This document shows positions 22,042 through 34,050 of a stretch of DNA of 36,968 nucleotides, one piece after another. Position 1 is the first letter of the stretch; each line of letters starts with the position of its first letter. The notes below the pieces were generated by a model. The model did no database searches. It had not been told where the DNA came from and was given only the letters and a program-made list of their open reading frames with translations. The translations under genes were made by a program, and so were the position numbers. The stretch spans positions 1 through 36,968 of the forward strand of contig NW_021836878.1 in the NCBI RefSeq assembly GCF_006345805.1, in the 5' to 3' direction. The DNA comes from Octopus sinensis. Its lineage: Eukaryota.

Positions 22042-22263
22042 TTGTGTTTGTGTGTCTGTGTTTGTCCCCCTAGCATTGCTTGACAACCGATGCTGGTGTG
22101 TTTACGTCCCCGTCACTTAGCGGTTCGGCAAAAGAGACCGATAGAATAAGTACTGGGCTTACAAAGAATAAGTCCCGGGGTCGATTTGCTCGACTAAAGG
22201 CGGTGCTCCAGCATGGCCGCAGTCAAATGACTGAAACAAGTAAAAGAGTAAAGAGTAAAAGAG
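22042..22263 (+). mobile_element. SINE family A 3' half
   Basis: Near-identical to 17020-17215 and 36290-36493. Confidence 0.9.
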
Positions 22264-23461
22264 TAATATATATAAATACATATATACACATATATACTAT
22301 AGCAAAGCAAGATTAATTAACTTAGATTTGAACTCCCCACTGTTAGGTTAGTAATCGAGCACCTTTGTCTATAACGATGACTAAGGACCATTTGTGACTC
22401 ACAAATGTAATAGTCACTATTGTTTTTGACATTTCAATGACTCCTGTTTATTTTTATCTAACCAATGAAAAGCCTTGTCTGCTATCTTATGTAGCCCTTC
22501 AAGACCGTGTTTCTCGCATTTCTATTATTTGTACACAAACATTGGGGAGACCGGCTCAAGCTCAAGCAATCCTTATGAAACAGTCCAGCCCAGCTCAGGC
22601 CAGTCCAGGCCAGCTAAGCCCAGCCAAGCCCTTATCGATCAACGTCATTCCAAACCCAACCAGCTCTTCTGGTTATATCCAGATATAACCGCTCATTATT
22701 TAAAATGGAAGTATTGATGGAGATCTGATTGCATTTTCCCTACATGATGCTTGAACGCTCTGAGGCTTCACTTGCTAGCTAGAATAGATACTAGTTATTG
22801 GTATTATTATTGGTATTGTTGTTGTTGTTGTCGTTGTTGTCATTGTTAACGTTCTGTTCTCGTTACTGTGTAGTCCCAGGTCATCGTTGATCGAACAAAC
22901 TTATGAAGAAAATACTTCCGACCGTAATTTTTGTTCAAGTCTTCCTCGGTAGCTACAACAAATTTTATGTATGATATGGCTCATTGAGTTAACTGCATCG
23001 TAGAAGTCAGCGACTGTATTTTATGCTAGAAATTATTTTACAATGTTTATTCGAAGTAGTTCGATAACAACGAAGCGAAAGAGTAAGACAAACGTACTCA
23101 GAAGACACGTATTGCAGAGTAACTAGAGAATTTAAGAAAGCGCTTTGCGTTGGTATAGATACTCTCCTATTCTTTCTCAGTTCAAATCTGTCCAAGTTAA
23201 ATTTGATTTTCATCCTTTCAAAAATCATAAAATAAATCTCCATTCACAACTGGAATTGGTTTTACTCTTTCCCCACAAATCAAATTTTGCAAACATGCTC
23301 AATAAAGCTCCAGCTTGAGCCTTAATCGTAATAGCTAAATCAAACTGAATATAATTTATTAATCCATAAATATGCAAATATACTAATTTCTAACTTTGAT
23401 ACAAAACCGCAAATATCCCAGGGCGAGGTGGGATCGGATTAAGTAACCCACCAACCCGCTA

Positions 23462-23497
<36 letters not shown>

Positions 23498-23614
23498 TAC
23501 ACACACACTGCTTCATCGATCCCAAAATGTTAAAAGAAAAAGAAAAATCGACTTCGGAGGAATTCTGACGACAAATATTTGTAGATTTGTGCCATTATAA
23601 CAGAGCATTTTATA

Positions 23615-23999
23615 TCTCTCTCTATATAAACGGCAGTTTGTCTGTCTGTGTGTCTGTGTGTCTGTTAGGTTGTACCCTCACCCTGACCACGGCTTTCAAC
23701 CGATTCTGATGAAACTTGACACACACATAGCCCAATGTCATAATTCAAAACTAACGCAGCGAAAATTTTGAAAAGTTCCCCCAGTTCTGAAAAAAATCGA
23801 TAAATTCGACATGGGGTCGAGAATCAGAAACACAAACCACAGACCGTCTAGGGGACGCAACTCTACCTTTTTTAACTCTCAAAAAAAATTTACCATCATT
23901 TTTTTCCCATTTTTTTGCTATTTTTTGGCTATAACTCTCTAAAAATGCTTTATAGTTATTTCCCTTACAAACCTGAGCAACGCCGGGCGATACTGCTAG
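23615..23999 (+). mobile_element. Non-autonomous Helitron (385 bp)
   Basis: A|TC start (23615), subterminal (GTCT/GTGT)n, ccgattctgatgaaacttg core, GC hairpin cctgagcaacgccggg (23972-23987), CTAG|T end (23996-24000); no TSD. Confidence 0.88.
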
Positions 24000-24829
24000 T
24001 TCTTTTATATAATACATCTGCTGGCATTTTTTTTTCTTCTTTCACATAACAATATATGAACTGGCACATATCTTAACTAGCGAGATATTTGGTGAGATGT
24101 ATGTCGCAATTGTTCTACTGATAGGTGCACCATAGGCAGTCAGGTGCACTAACAGATCGGATGGCAGGGAAATCTATGCCATCTCACCCTACATAAACTA
24201 CACAGATACTACACTACCACAACCAAACCACTACAACCATCACCCAGCGCCACCAAATTCTATTACATTCATTCTGCTGGGTTGTGTTTGTCTAGGCAAA
24301 CTGACAAAGCGAACGTCTTACAATATAATCTGAGCTTAGGTACCACCTAACAATGTTGTTCTAATGTGTGTACTTATGCGTTTGTCGGTGTGTGTGTTTA
24401 TATCTATACGTGTGTATATATGCTTCTGCGCATGTGTGTGTATATATAAGCCACTGTACGTGTGTGTCTATGTGATATTAACTTAAATGGATTAAAGTGC
24501 ACCCAGCTCACTGATACGTTAAAACGTCTCCCTATACATCATCAACATTGGCACAAGGCCACGTATTTTAGAGAAGACTGCTATTCGGCGCTCTACTGAC
24601 TTCACAGACTCTACACCATTAATGATGATGATGATGATGATGATTAATGAAGGGGACACTATGAACACAAAAGATGTTACAAAATATGGCACTTTACACA
24701 GCAATCAGATAAGTGAAAAAAAAACGAAGATATATAGAGTAAATATATAAAAGGTTATATAATAATAATAATGATAATCCCTTCTACTATAGGCACAAGG
24801 CCTGAAATTTTTGGTGAGAGGGGGGGCAT

Positions 24830-25068
24830 CTGTTGTCAAGCGATGCTGGAGAGACAAACAAAGACACACAAACACACACACACATATACATATATACGAC
24901 GGGCTTCTTTCAGTTTCCGTCTACCAAATCCACTCAAAAGGTTTTAGTCGACCCGAGGCTATAGTAGAAGGAAACACTTGCCCAATGTGCCACACAGTGG
25001 GACTGAACTCGGAACCATGTGGTTATGTGGTTAGTAAGCAAGCTACTTACCACAGCCACTCCTTCGCC
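24830..25068 (-). mobile_element. SINE family A 5' half
   Basis: Collinear with 2705-2944. Confidence 0.85.
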
Positions 25069-25421
25069 TATATATATATATGGGTGTATATAGTAAATGG
25101 AAAACAGAAGATGGAATATACGAGAATATATTATTAATCAAGACAACTGTTTCGACACATCTAGCATCGATTCTACTTGAGTTGGACACTCAACAACTGG
25201 TTCAGGAGCATCCGGTGGTGTAGATGTATCATGTCGGGCGATAAATAAATACAATTGTATGTCATGTAATGGTAAGAAGCAATGCACGGCATCAGTATTA
25301 CAACGATGTATATATATATATATATATCTCGTCAACAACTAATGAAGAGATTGCAAGAAGTAACACAAATCTTTAGAAAACAAATGTGAGTGGAAATTGA
25401 ACCGCTGAGTTCTCCAGGCAC

Positions 25422-25465
<44 letters not shown>

Positions 25466-25486
25466 CATACATACATACAACATACA

Positions 25487-25519
<33 letters not shown>

Positions 25520-25755
25520 CCTTTTCCTTTTATTCTTTCACTTCTTCCAGTCATTTGACTGCAGCCATGTTGGAGCACCGCCTTCAGTCGAACAAATCGA
25601 ACCTACGACTTATTCTTTGTTTTGGCGAACTGCTAATTTACGGGGACGTAAACACACCAGTTTCTGTCTACTATAGCCTCTGGTCGACCCGAGGCTACAG
25701 TAGAAGAACCCGGAACTGTGTGGTTGGGAAGCAAGTTTCTTGACACAGGGCCATT
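25520..25755 (-). mobile_element. SINE family A, internally deleted
   Basis: Tail and head segments present with deletions. Confidence 0.8.
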
Positions 25756-25759
25756 CCTA

Positions 25760-25775
25760 TATATATATATATCAT

Positions 25776-25864
<89 letters not shown>

Positions 25865-26000
25865 ATATATCTGTATAATATATTCATATATAACACACAC
25901 ATGTATGTTTGTTTGTATGTATGTATGTATGTATGTATGTATGTATGTATGTATGTATGTATGTATGTATGTATGTATGTATGTATGTATGTATGTATAT
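25760..26000. repeat. (TA)n + (TATG)n microsatellites
   Basis: Direct reading. Confidence 0.95.
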
Positions 26001-26676
26001 AAATTCACGCATGCGTACTTAAAACGATACAAATCATAGTAACAGTGAAGTTAGCTCCTAACCAAAGACTGTAGAACGTGGAGAACAAAGAACGTTTTTA
26101 TCACTGTCAGAGATGACAGATTGCTTGTGTAAAGTACAACTTAGGGATCTGAAGTGGTAGAACAGGCGTGAAAGCCTCACAACACGATGGCCAGCCGTCC
26201 GACATGAAGGACTTCAATGTCCACGTAAACGACGAAAGAAATAATGGAAGATAAATATAAAAATAAAGATACATACACACAAAGAGGCGTATGTATGCAT
26301 ATATGTATATAAATATACGTATTTGTGTACAAGTACATAAATACACAAATACAATCACCACGGAACGGAAAACAATGGTTTTAGTATTAAGGAGTTAAAA
26401 TGGATTAGGTGTAACGACTTAAAGTCCATCACTTACTAACAAGTTCACATCCTCTATCACTGCACAAATATTGCGGCGGCCATTTTAGAAACGTGAATTA
26501 TGGTCTCTTTAAGACTACCACTAATGTTATTATAATGAATGTGCGTATATGCGTGCGTTTTATGCCCGAAGACATACGTATAAAACAAAATATATCCTTA
26601 TATATCATATGCATATTTATACATACATACATACATACATACACATATATATATATATAATATATATATATATATC

Positions 26677-26736
<60 letters not shown>

Positions 26737-26834
26737 TTGCTAAGACGTCGGGTGTATATACTTTGATAGGTTTCGGCCATTATTGGCCCAGGCCATGTCT
26801 AACTTAATAGCACCACCTGGTATATATATATATA

Positions 26835-26966
26835 TTCTGTTTCCGCCTACCAAATCCACTCATGAGGCTTTGGTCAGCCCGAGGCTATAGTAGAAGATAC
26901 TTGCCCAAGGTGCCATGCAGTGGGACTGAATCTGGAACCATGCGGTTGGAAAGCAAGCTTCTTACA
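26835..26966 (-). mobile_element. SINE family A 5' fragment
   Basis: ctaccaaatccactcatgaggctttggtc...gcagtgggactgaa...aagcaagcttctta. Confidence 0.85.
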
Positions 26967-27079
26967 TAGACAGACAGACAGACAGACAGATAGATAGATA
27001 AATAATGAGTCTCTAAGACAGAGTAAAAGGGGTACGGAGAGAAAGACGATGAAATTATAAACGTATGTGGACTGTGATG

Positions 27080-27112
<33 letters not shown>

Positions 27113-27113
27113 A

Positions 27114-27144
<31 letters not shown>

Positions 27145-27160
27145 GGTGGTGGTGGTGGTG

Positions 27161-27206
<46 letters not shown>
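27080..27206. repeat. (TAG)n(TGG)n(TAG)n compound microsatellite
   Basis: Direct reading. Confidence 0.95.
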
Positions 27207-27794
27207 AACTGTAATGGGTCGGTCTTGGTTTATCATTAGTTTGGTTGGTTTGTGGCAGCAGTGGTTTGCTGGTGATGGCAGCGATGGAAGGAATGGCGCA
27301 GAGGCGGTGCCGAGTCGTGATAATGCCATTGCAAAGTGGTTGACGGGCGGTCATGAAGGTTGGCGGCGTGTGAATGTGATGGCGTTGGCGATGGCGTTTG
27401 GAGGTTGATGGTTGTGGTGACGGTAGTACGGTAGTGATAGTGGTGGTATGGCTGGCGAATGGGAGAGGGGATTTTTTTTCGTGGATGGTGGAGATAACGG
27501 ATGGTCGTTAGTAGACAACCTCTGGGGAAACAAAACTCAATTCTCAATTCTCAACAGTCTAAATGTTATGACGAAACTAAAAACCAAAGCAAATGTTTCC
27601 TATCATGGTTGATCTCCCTTGAAATCCGTGTCCCATGTTATATTGCCCATATTATGTTGCTGCTCCAACAGAAAGCTTTCGTGCCCAATCTTCGCCTTCT
27701 ATTTTGATTATTTCGTTTTACATATACCCTATGTATGTGTGTATGTATGTATGTATGTATGTATGTATGTTTATACGTACATACATTTTATATA

Positions 27795-27835
<41 letters not shown>

Positions 27836-28151
27836 CATTATATATAAGTATCACAGACACACTCAGACACACACATTACACACATATGTATATATATATA
27901 TGTGTATATATATATATATATATAATATATATATATATATGATATAATATATATACATATATATATGTATATATATACATATATATATATGTATATATAT
28001 ATACATATATATATATACATATATAATATACATACATACACATATCATATATATATACATGCACATATATATATATAACAATATATACATACATACACAC
28101 ACATATTTATATATACATACATACATACATACATACATACATACAAGCATG

Positions 28152-28174
<23 letters not shown>

Positions 28175-28183
<9 letters not shown>

Positions 28184-29425
28184 AACACACTGTCTATGTT
28201 TAAGATACTGAAAAGAATGATGTAAGCTTACTAATCAACCATTCACCAAATAAATTCACACGAACCAACAGAAAACTCATACATGTACAGACATAAATTC
28301 CCTCTACGTTTTCTCTTTTGGAAATGTAACCGAGTTGCTGGAATTCAAGGGGAAATTATTATTTTGGACTGTGACTGTACTTAACTAACCCTATCATGTA
28401 ATTGTAGGCATGCTATTTATTTAATTTATTTTATTTTAAATTTTTCTATAATTCTTTTTTTTATTTTTATTATTTTAGTTCTTGAGAGAACCAAAAAATC
28501 TGAAACCGTGGGCTTAGTTAGAAACATACATATATATGCATAAAAAGTATATGAAGAGCTCAGCATACATATACATACGTACAAATATGCAAGCACATGT
28601 GTATGTATATGTATATATACATATATACATCTATATATACATATATATCTACATCTATATGCATATATATACATCTGTATATATATATGTCTATATACAC
28701 ACACATATATATACACATATATGTATATGCATACATGTATGCTTCTCTTTCACACATGTACACGTATACATATATTTGCATACATACATGCATATATATA
28801 TATATATATATTACGCGCACAAACACACTGTCTATGTTTAAGATACTGAAACAATGATGTAAGCTTACTAATCACCATTCACCAATAAATTCACACGAAC
28901 CAACAGAAAACCCATACATGTACAGACATAAATTCCCTCTACGTTTTCTCTTTTGGAAATGTAACCGAGTTGCTGGAATTCAAGGGGAAATTATTATTTT
29001 GGACTGTGACGTACTTAACTAACCCTATCATGTAATTGTAGGCATGCTATTTATTTAATTTATTTTATTTTTAATTTTTCTATAATTCTTTTTTTTATTT
29101 TTATTATTTTAGTTCTTGAGAGAACCAAAAAATCTGAAACGTGGGCTTAGTTAGAAACATACATATATATGCATAAAAAGTATATGAAGAGCTCAGCATA
29201 CATATACATACGTACAAATATGCAAGCACATGTGTATGTATATATGTATATATACATATATACATCTATATATACATATATATCTACATCTATATGCATA
29301 TATATACATCTGTATATATATATGTCTATATACACACACATATATATACACATATATGTATATGCATACATGTATGCTTCTCTTTCACACATGTACACGT
29401 ATACATATATTTGCATACATACATG

Positions 29426-29430
<5 letters not shown>
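28175..29430. repeat. Tandem duplication, two copies of about 638 bp (28175-28812, 28813-29430)
   Basis: acgcgcacaaacacactgtctatgtttaagatactgaa starts both copies; near-identical apart from single-base indels. Confidence 0.95.
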
Positions 29431-29466
<36 letters not shown>

Positions 29467-29469
29467 CTA

Positions 29470-29730
29470 GCTCGTGAAATTAATGTGCAAGTGGCTGAGC
29501 ACTCCATAGATACGTGTACCCTTATCATAGTTCTCAGGGAGATTCAGCGTAAAAACAGAGTGTGACAGAGTTGACCCTTTGAAATACCGGTACTACTCAT
29601 TTCTGCCAGCTGAGTGGACTGGAGCAACGTGAAGTAATGTGTCTTGCTCAAAGACAATGCGTCGCCGGGAATTGAACTACGACCTTACGATCGTGAGCTG
29701 AATGCACTAACCAATCTGCCACGCGCCTCA
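29470..29730 (-). mobile_element. SINE with family D head/core and family C 3' tail
   Basis: 29595-29730 matches family D (9865-10003); 29470-29590 matches the family C tail (ggagtgctcagccacttgcac.ttaatttcacgagc). Confidence 0.8.
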
Positions 29731-29801
29731 CTATATATATATATATATATATAATAATATACTATATTAATATAATATATAATATATATATACTATATAT
29801 A

Positions 29802-30220
29802 GGCGCAGGAGTGGCTGCTGTGGGTAAGTGCTTGCCTTACCAACAACATGGTTCAGGGTCATTCCCAGGTGGCATCTTGGGCAAGTATTCTTCTGCTATA
29901 GCCCCGGCCGACCAATGCCTTGTGAGTGGATTTGGTAGACGGAAACTGAAAGAAGCTTGTCGTATATATGTATATATATATATATATATATATTATGTAT
30001 GTGTGTGTATGTGTTTGTGTGTCTGTTTGTCTCCCTAGTATTGCTTGACAACCGATGTTGGTGTGTTTACGTCCCCGTCACTTAGCGGTTCGGCAAAAAG
30101 AGACCGATAGAATAAGTACTGGGCTTACAAAGAATAAGTCCCGGCGTCGATTTGCTCGACTAAAGGCGGTGCTCCAGCATGGCCACAGTCAAATGACTGA
30201 AACAAGTAAAAGAGAAAAAG
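29802..30220 (+). mobile_element. SINE family A, full length, in (TA)n
   Basis: ggcgcaggagtggctg head through ctgaaacaagtaaaagag tail. Confidence 0.93.
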
Positions 30221-30510
30221 AGAGTATATATATAAATGTATGTATGTATGTCTATATTTGTACATACATCTGTATAGATGTTTATATATACCCTATGTTG
30301 ATATATATACGCACCACGCTGTATGTGCGTAATTTTTTTGCATAGGTCTAAGAAACAACGTAACAATGAATCCTTTAGGTATTGTCTAATTTGACTAAAC
30401 AATGAATTCTTTGTTCTTATCATAGAGGAACCTTTTTGTTCTTTATTGCTAGGGAAATTTTTAAATGACTAGAAACAAAACCCTACACATGTATACAGCC
30501 ACAAAGAGAA

Positions 30511-30543
<33 letters not shown>

Positions 30544-30640
30544 TGGGGGGCGAGCATATACAGGGAGATATACATACTAACAGAAATATACATACACACA
30601 CATGTACACACACACACACATATATATATATACACACATA

Positions 30641-31286
30641 CACTCGGAGATTGTGTGGCCTATACATACATATAAATATATATGCACACACACACACATA
30701 CATACATACATACATACATACATACATTCATATATACATATATACTTATATACATACATACATATATACATATATACATACATACATACATACATATATA
30801 CATACATAAATATATACATACATATATACATATATACATACATACATACATACATACATACATACACATACACTCGGAGATCGTGTGGCCTATACATACA
30901 TATAAATATATATGCACACACACACATATATACATATATACATACATACATATATACATATATACATACATACATATATACATATATACATATATGCATA
31001 CATACATACATACATATATGCATACATACATACATACATACATACATACATACATACATACATACACATACACTCGGAGATTGTGTGGCTTATACATATA
31101 TATATAAATATATATGCACACACACATACATACATACATACATACATATATACATATATACATACATATATACATACATATATACATACATACATACATA
31201 TATACATACACATACACTCGGAGATTGTGTGGCCTATACATACATATAAATATATATGCACGCACACACATTTATACATACATATA

Positions 31287-31320
<34 letters not shown>

Positions 31321-31380
31321 CATACACACATACGTACACATACATACATACATACATACATACATACATACATACATACA
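30641..31380. repeat. Four-unit minisatellite: conserved ~50-bp core + variable (TACA)n spacer
   Basis: cactcggagattgtgtggcctatacatacatataaatatatatgcac at 30641, 30871, 31071 and 31215. Confidence 0.92.
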
Positions 31381-31787
31381 AAAGTGGATCTAACCATCTA
31401 TTATGTATGGTCTGGGGTCATACATGCCAATATAAAAACAATGCAGCGAGCTATACGAAAGCAATATTGTTTAGATGGCAATATTAAATAACGATATAAA
31501 TATGACTGCAATTATTGGAACTTCTGTGCGACAAAACTGCTTTCTCTCCTTTTCGCTTTTTAAAATATTTTTGCCTTCTCTGTCGGTCTTTCCTCTCTGT
31601 AGTCATATTGCGGCTACATAATACAGTAAGCAAAATGATTTAAATCTATTTAGCTAATTATTATTATTATTATTATTATTGCAAATAAAAACTTGTGTAT
31701 TTGTATATATGTGCACGCGTGTGCTTGTTTATATGCATGTGTGTGTGTTTGTACATATGTAATCTACACACTCACATACGAGTACAG

Positions 31788-31789
<2 letters not shown>

Positions 31790-31878
<89 letters not shown>
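31790..31878. repeat. (GT)n(GA)n microsatellite
   Basis: Direct reading. Confidence 0.95.
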
Positions 31879-31884
<6 letters not shown>

Positions 31885-33157
31885 TGTGGCAGAGACAGAA
31901 TATAAGCAAAGAGAACAATTTAAACAGTACGTGAAACGTAAACAAGAACAAAAATCACCCCCTCATCAGCTGTTCACTGATGTTCTGCGATTTTGATACA
32001 CTAACAACAGTATTTCTGAAATAATTGGCACACAGAGAGACGCACTATATTGTATATATGGTATGATATGAGAAACAGCAACAAGTATACGAAAATACAT
32101 ATAGTCATTTGTACATGCATGCATGTATGTATGCGTGTATAGTATTTCTACTATACTGTTGAGTTTAGAGCTCCAGATAGATAGTTATCTCCGAATATGT
32201 TTTGAGTATAGTGTTTATATTAATACCGTACTTCGTAGTACTACTGGATGCAATGTATAGATTAATTGAAGGAGAAATGATGATAAATATGTATTGATAT
32301 TACTTGTTCCCTTCGTATGTTTCACCGCTGTATTTGTTTGAAATGATAGCATTGGATGTCCCAAGTGTAATTGTATGCCTAACCACGACCGATCATTAGG
32401 GAAACACTTTATTGCAATCATACAGAGATCAAATTTTGGCATTTGAGGCTTGTACCATTGAAATAAGGTGTTTCCCCGATGATCCCATGGTGAGATCAGA
32501 ATCGTCAGCAGCAAGTATTTGAACAACGTAATTTTTAGAAAATTCTTGATGGTTGAGATTATTTCCTCTTCTGTCTTCCCTCAACTTATTTGCCAGTCGG
32601 TAATTATGATACTTGTGATAAAACATAGAGGCGATTATTTTAATAAATGAAAAACTTATGTTATTTGGTATTTGATATAACTCTGCCAGATTATTCATAA
32701 ACACACACACTCACACTCACACTCTGTAAAAAATTTCTCTTACAATCTACTAGCTAGGAAAATTCAAAATATTTGAGTAAAAAACAATTGGAAACAGGCA
32801 TATAATGTCGTTTATAGCTACAAATATTTGTGTATTTGGTTACAATACCGAACTTGTATACAATAGCTCATGAAAACTTGGTTTCTTTGTAGCAGCTAAA
32901 ACATATTCTAGACTTCATTTAGTAACGAAATCAGGATAATACACCAGACTTTCTGAGGAATTGTTTTTCAGTATTTAAATTTCAACCTTTGACGTTATTA
33001 TATTTTGATTTCAGATCAGTTGCTAACTTATTCAAGAGGTTAAAAAGAACACAAAAAATAATAAATAAACTACAAAAGTTACAGTAAGATACTCAAAAGC
33101 AATTTCTCACAGGCAAGCAGATATATTGTTTAAATAAAAAGTTTCGATATAACTTAC

Positions 33158-34028
33158 CGGAGCATCTCATTCCAGACTGTAGAGAAATGTTGTTGTAGCC
33201 ATTCCATGGAGAGATATCCTGACTCATATAAGAAGGGTAAGAACTAAGACCGCTAGGTCTGTGCAACGGTGTACTAAAACTACTGTCCGATCGAACCACC
33301 GATGGACTGGTTATAGGTGAACTAGGAGCAGGAGTGAATGCAAATCTCGAAGAAACGGGATGATGTGAAGCGGAGTTGGTTGTGCTATAAGGTGTTTCTG
33401 AATTTGGCATCGACCACATTGTTCCAGAAGTGGGAGACCCGGCTGAGTTTTGACCCGTGCCGTTGCCTACATATTGCATGGGGAGGACAGCACGAGTAGT
33501 TGGAACGTATACAGGGCTACTGTTGGCTGGGTGAAGGTACGTGTTTGAAGGACTTTCGTAAGGAGTAACTCCTGAAGGGCTCGTCATAGGCATTGCTGAA
33601 ACGTGGTTTTGAAACATTGAGTTTGTTTGCTGTGGTAGTTTTTGGTTAACAATGGAAGGGCTTGTTGAGGTAGCAATGGAGCCGTTATTAGAGATGCTGT
33701 TCGACTGATGAGAAGCCCCACCTTGTGACGACGTGTTGACGTCGAGTTGGTTTAAAAGTACTTCGACTTCTTCTGAGCGAAAGATCTGATTGTTGTCCTG
33801 GTGAAAGTTCACAGACAAGCCTGGCTGCATACCCCGTGGAGTTAACTGGTACACGGGCGATGTCGCTGCTGCAGCAGCTGCAGCAGCAGCAGCGGTGGAC
33901 CCGTCGATGGATCCTACACTGGGATCAAAATATGAATAGGAACCCCTTATACAGCTAGGGGTCTTATCTAATACTTCTTGTTTAATATTTAAATATGGCG
34001 GACTATGCCAGGATTCTGCGGTGGCCAT
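33158..34028 (-). CDS. GATA4/5/6: GATA4/5/6-class transcription factor, first coding exon (N-terminal transactivation region, 290 codons + 1 nt)
   Basis: The ORF 34028->33093 encodes MFQN...YE...YLH...SSPVYVPTTR (33521-33492), VSSRFAF and YPSYM...W, the collinear N-terminal motifs of vertebrate GATA4/5/6. A consensus donor (TCCG|GTAAGT, GT at 33157-33156) ends the exon in phase 1. An acceptor with pyrimidine tract (...caactttcaaaattAG, 34052-34051) lies 22 nt upstream of the ATG. Confidence 0.93.
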
Positions 34029-34050
34029 TAAACCACATTCGATGTCCCCC
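34029..34050 (-). other. 5' UTR part of the GATA first coding exon, implying an upstream non-coding exon
   Basis: Pyrimidine-rich tract followed by TAG acceptor at 34052-34051; 22 nt to the ATG. Confidence 0.6.

Noticed and set aside
26437-26459. 23-nt segment between gtgcAG and GTAAGT on the minus strand
   Set aside because: Poor pyrimidine tract, weak exon-side donor (TTA), and it would shift the frame of the 54-nt exon; likely chance.
30641-31380. CRISPR-like repeat-spacer appearance
   Set aside because: Eukaryotic context, spacers are microsatellite of unequal length, no cas genes.
30461-31491. Long YIHT/MYVC ORFs up to 215 aa
   Set aside because: Translations of (TACA)n minisatellite; no stop codons because of repeat composition.
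33093-33157. Last 20 codons of the 311-aa ORF (KLYRNFLF...)
   Set aside because: They lie beyond a consensus GTAAGT donor; intronic read-through with no GATA similarity.
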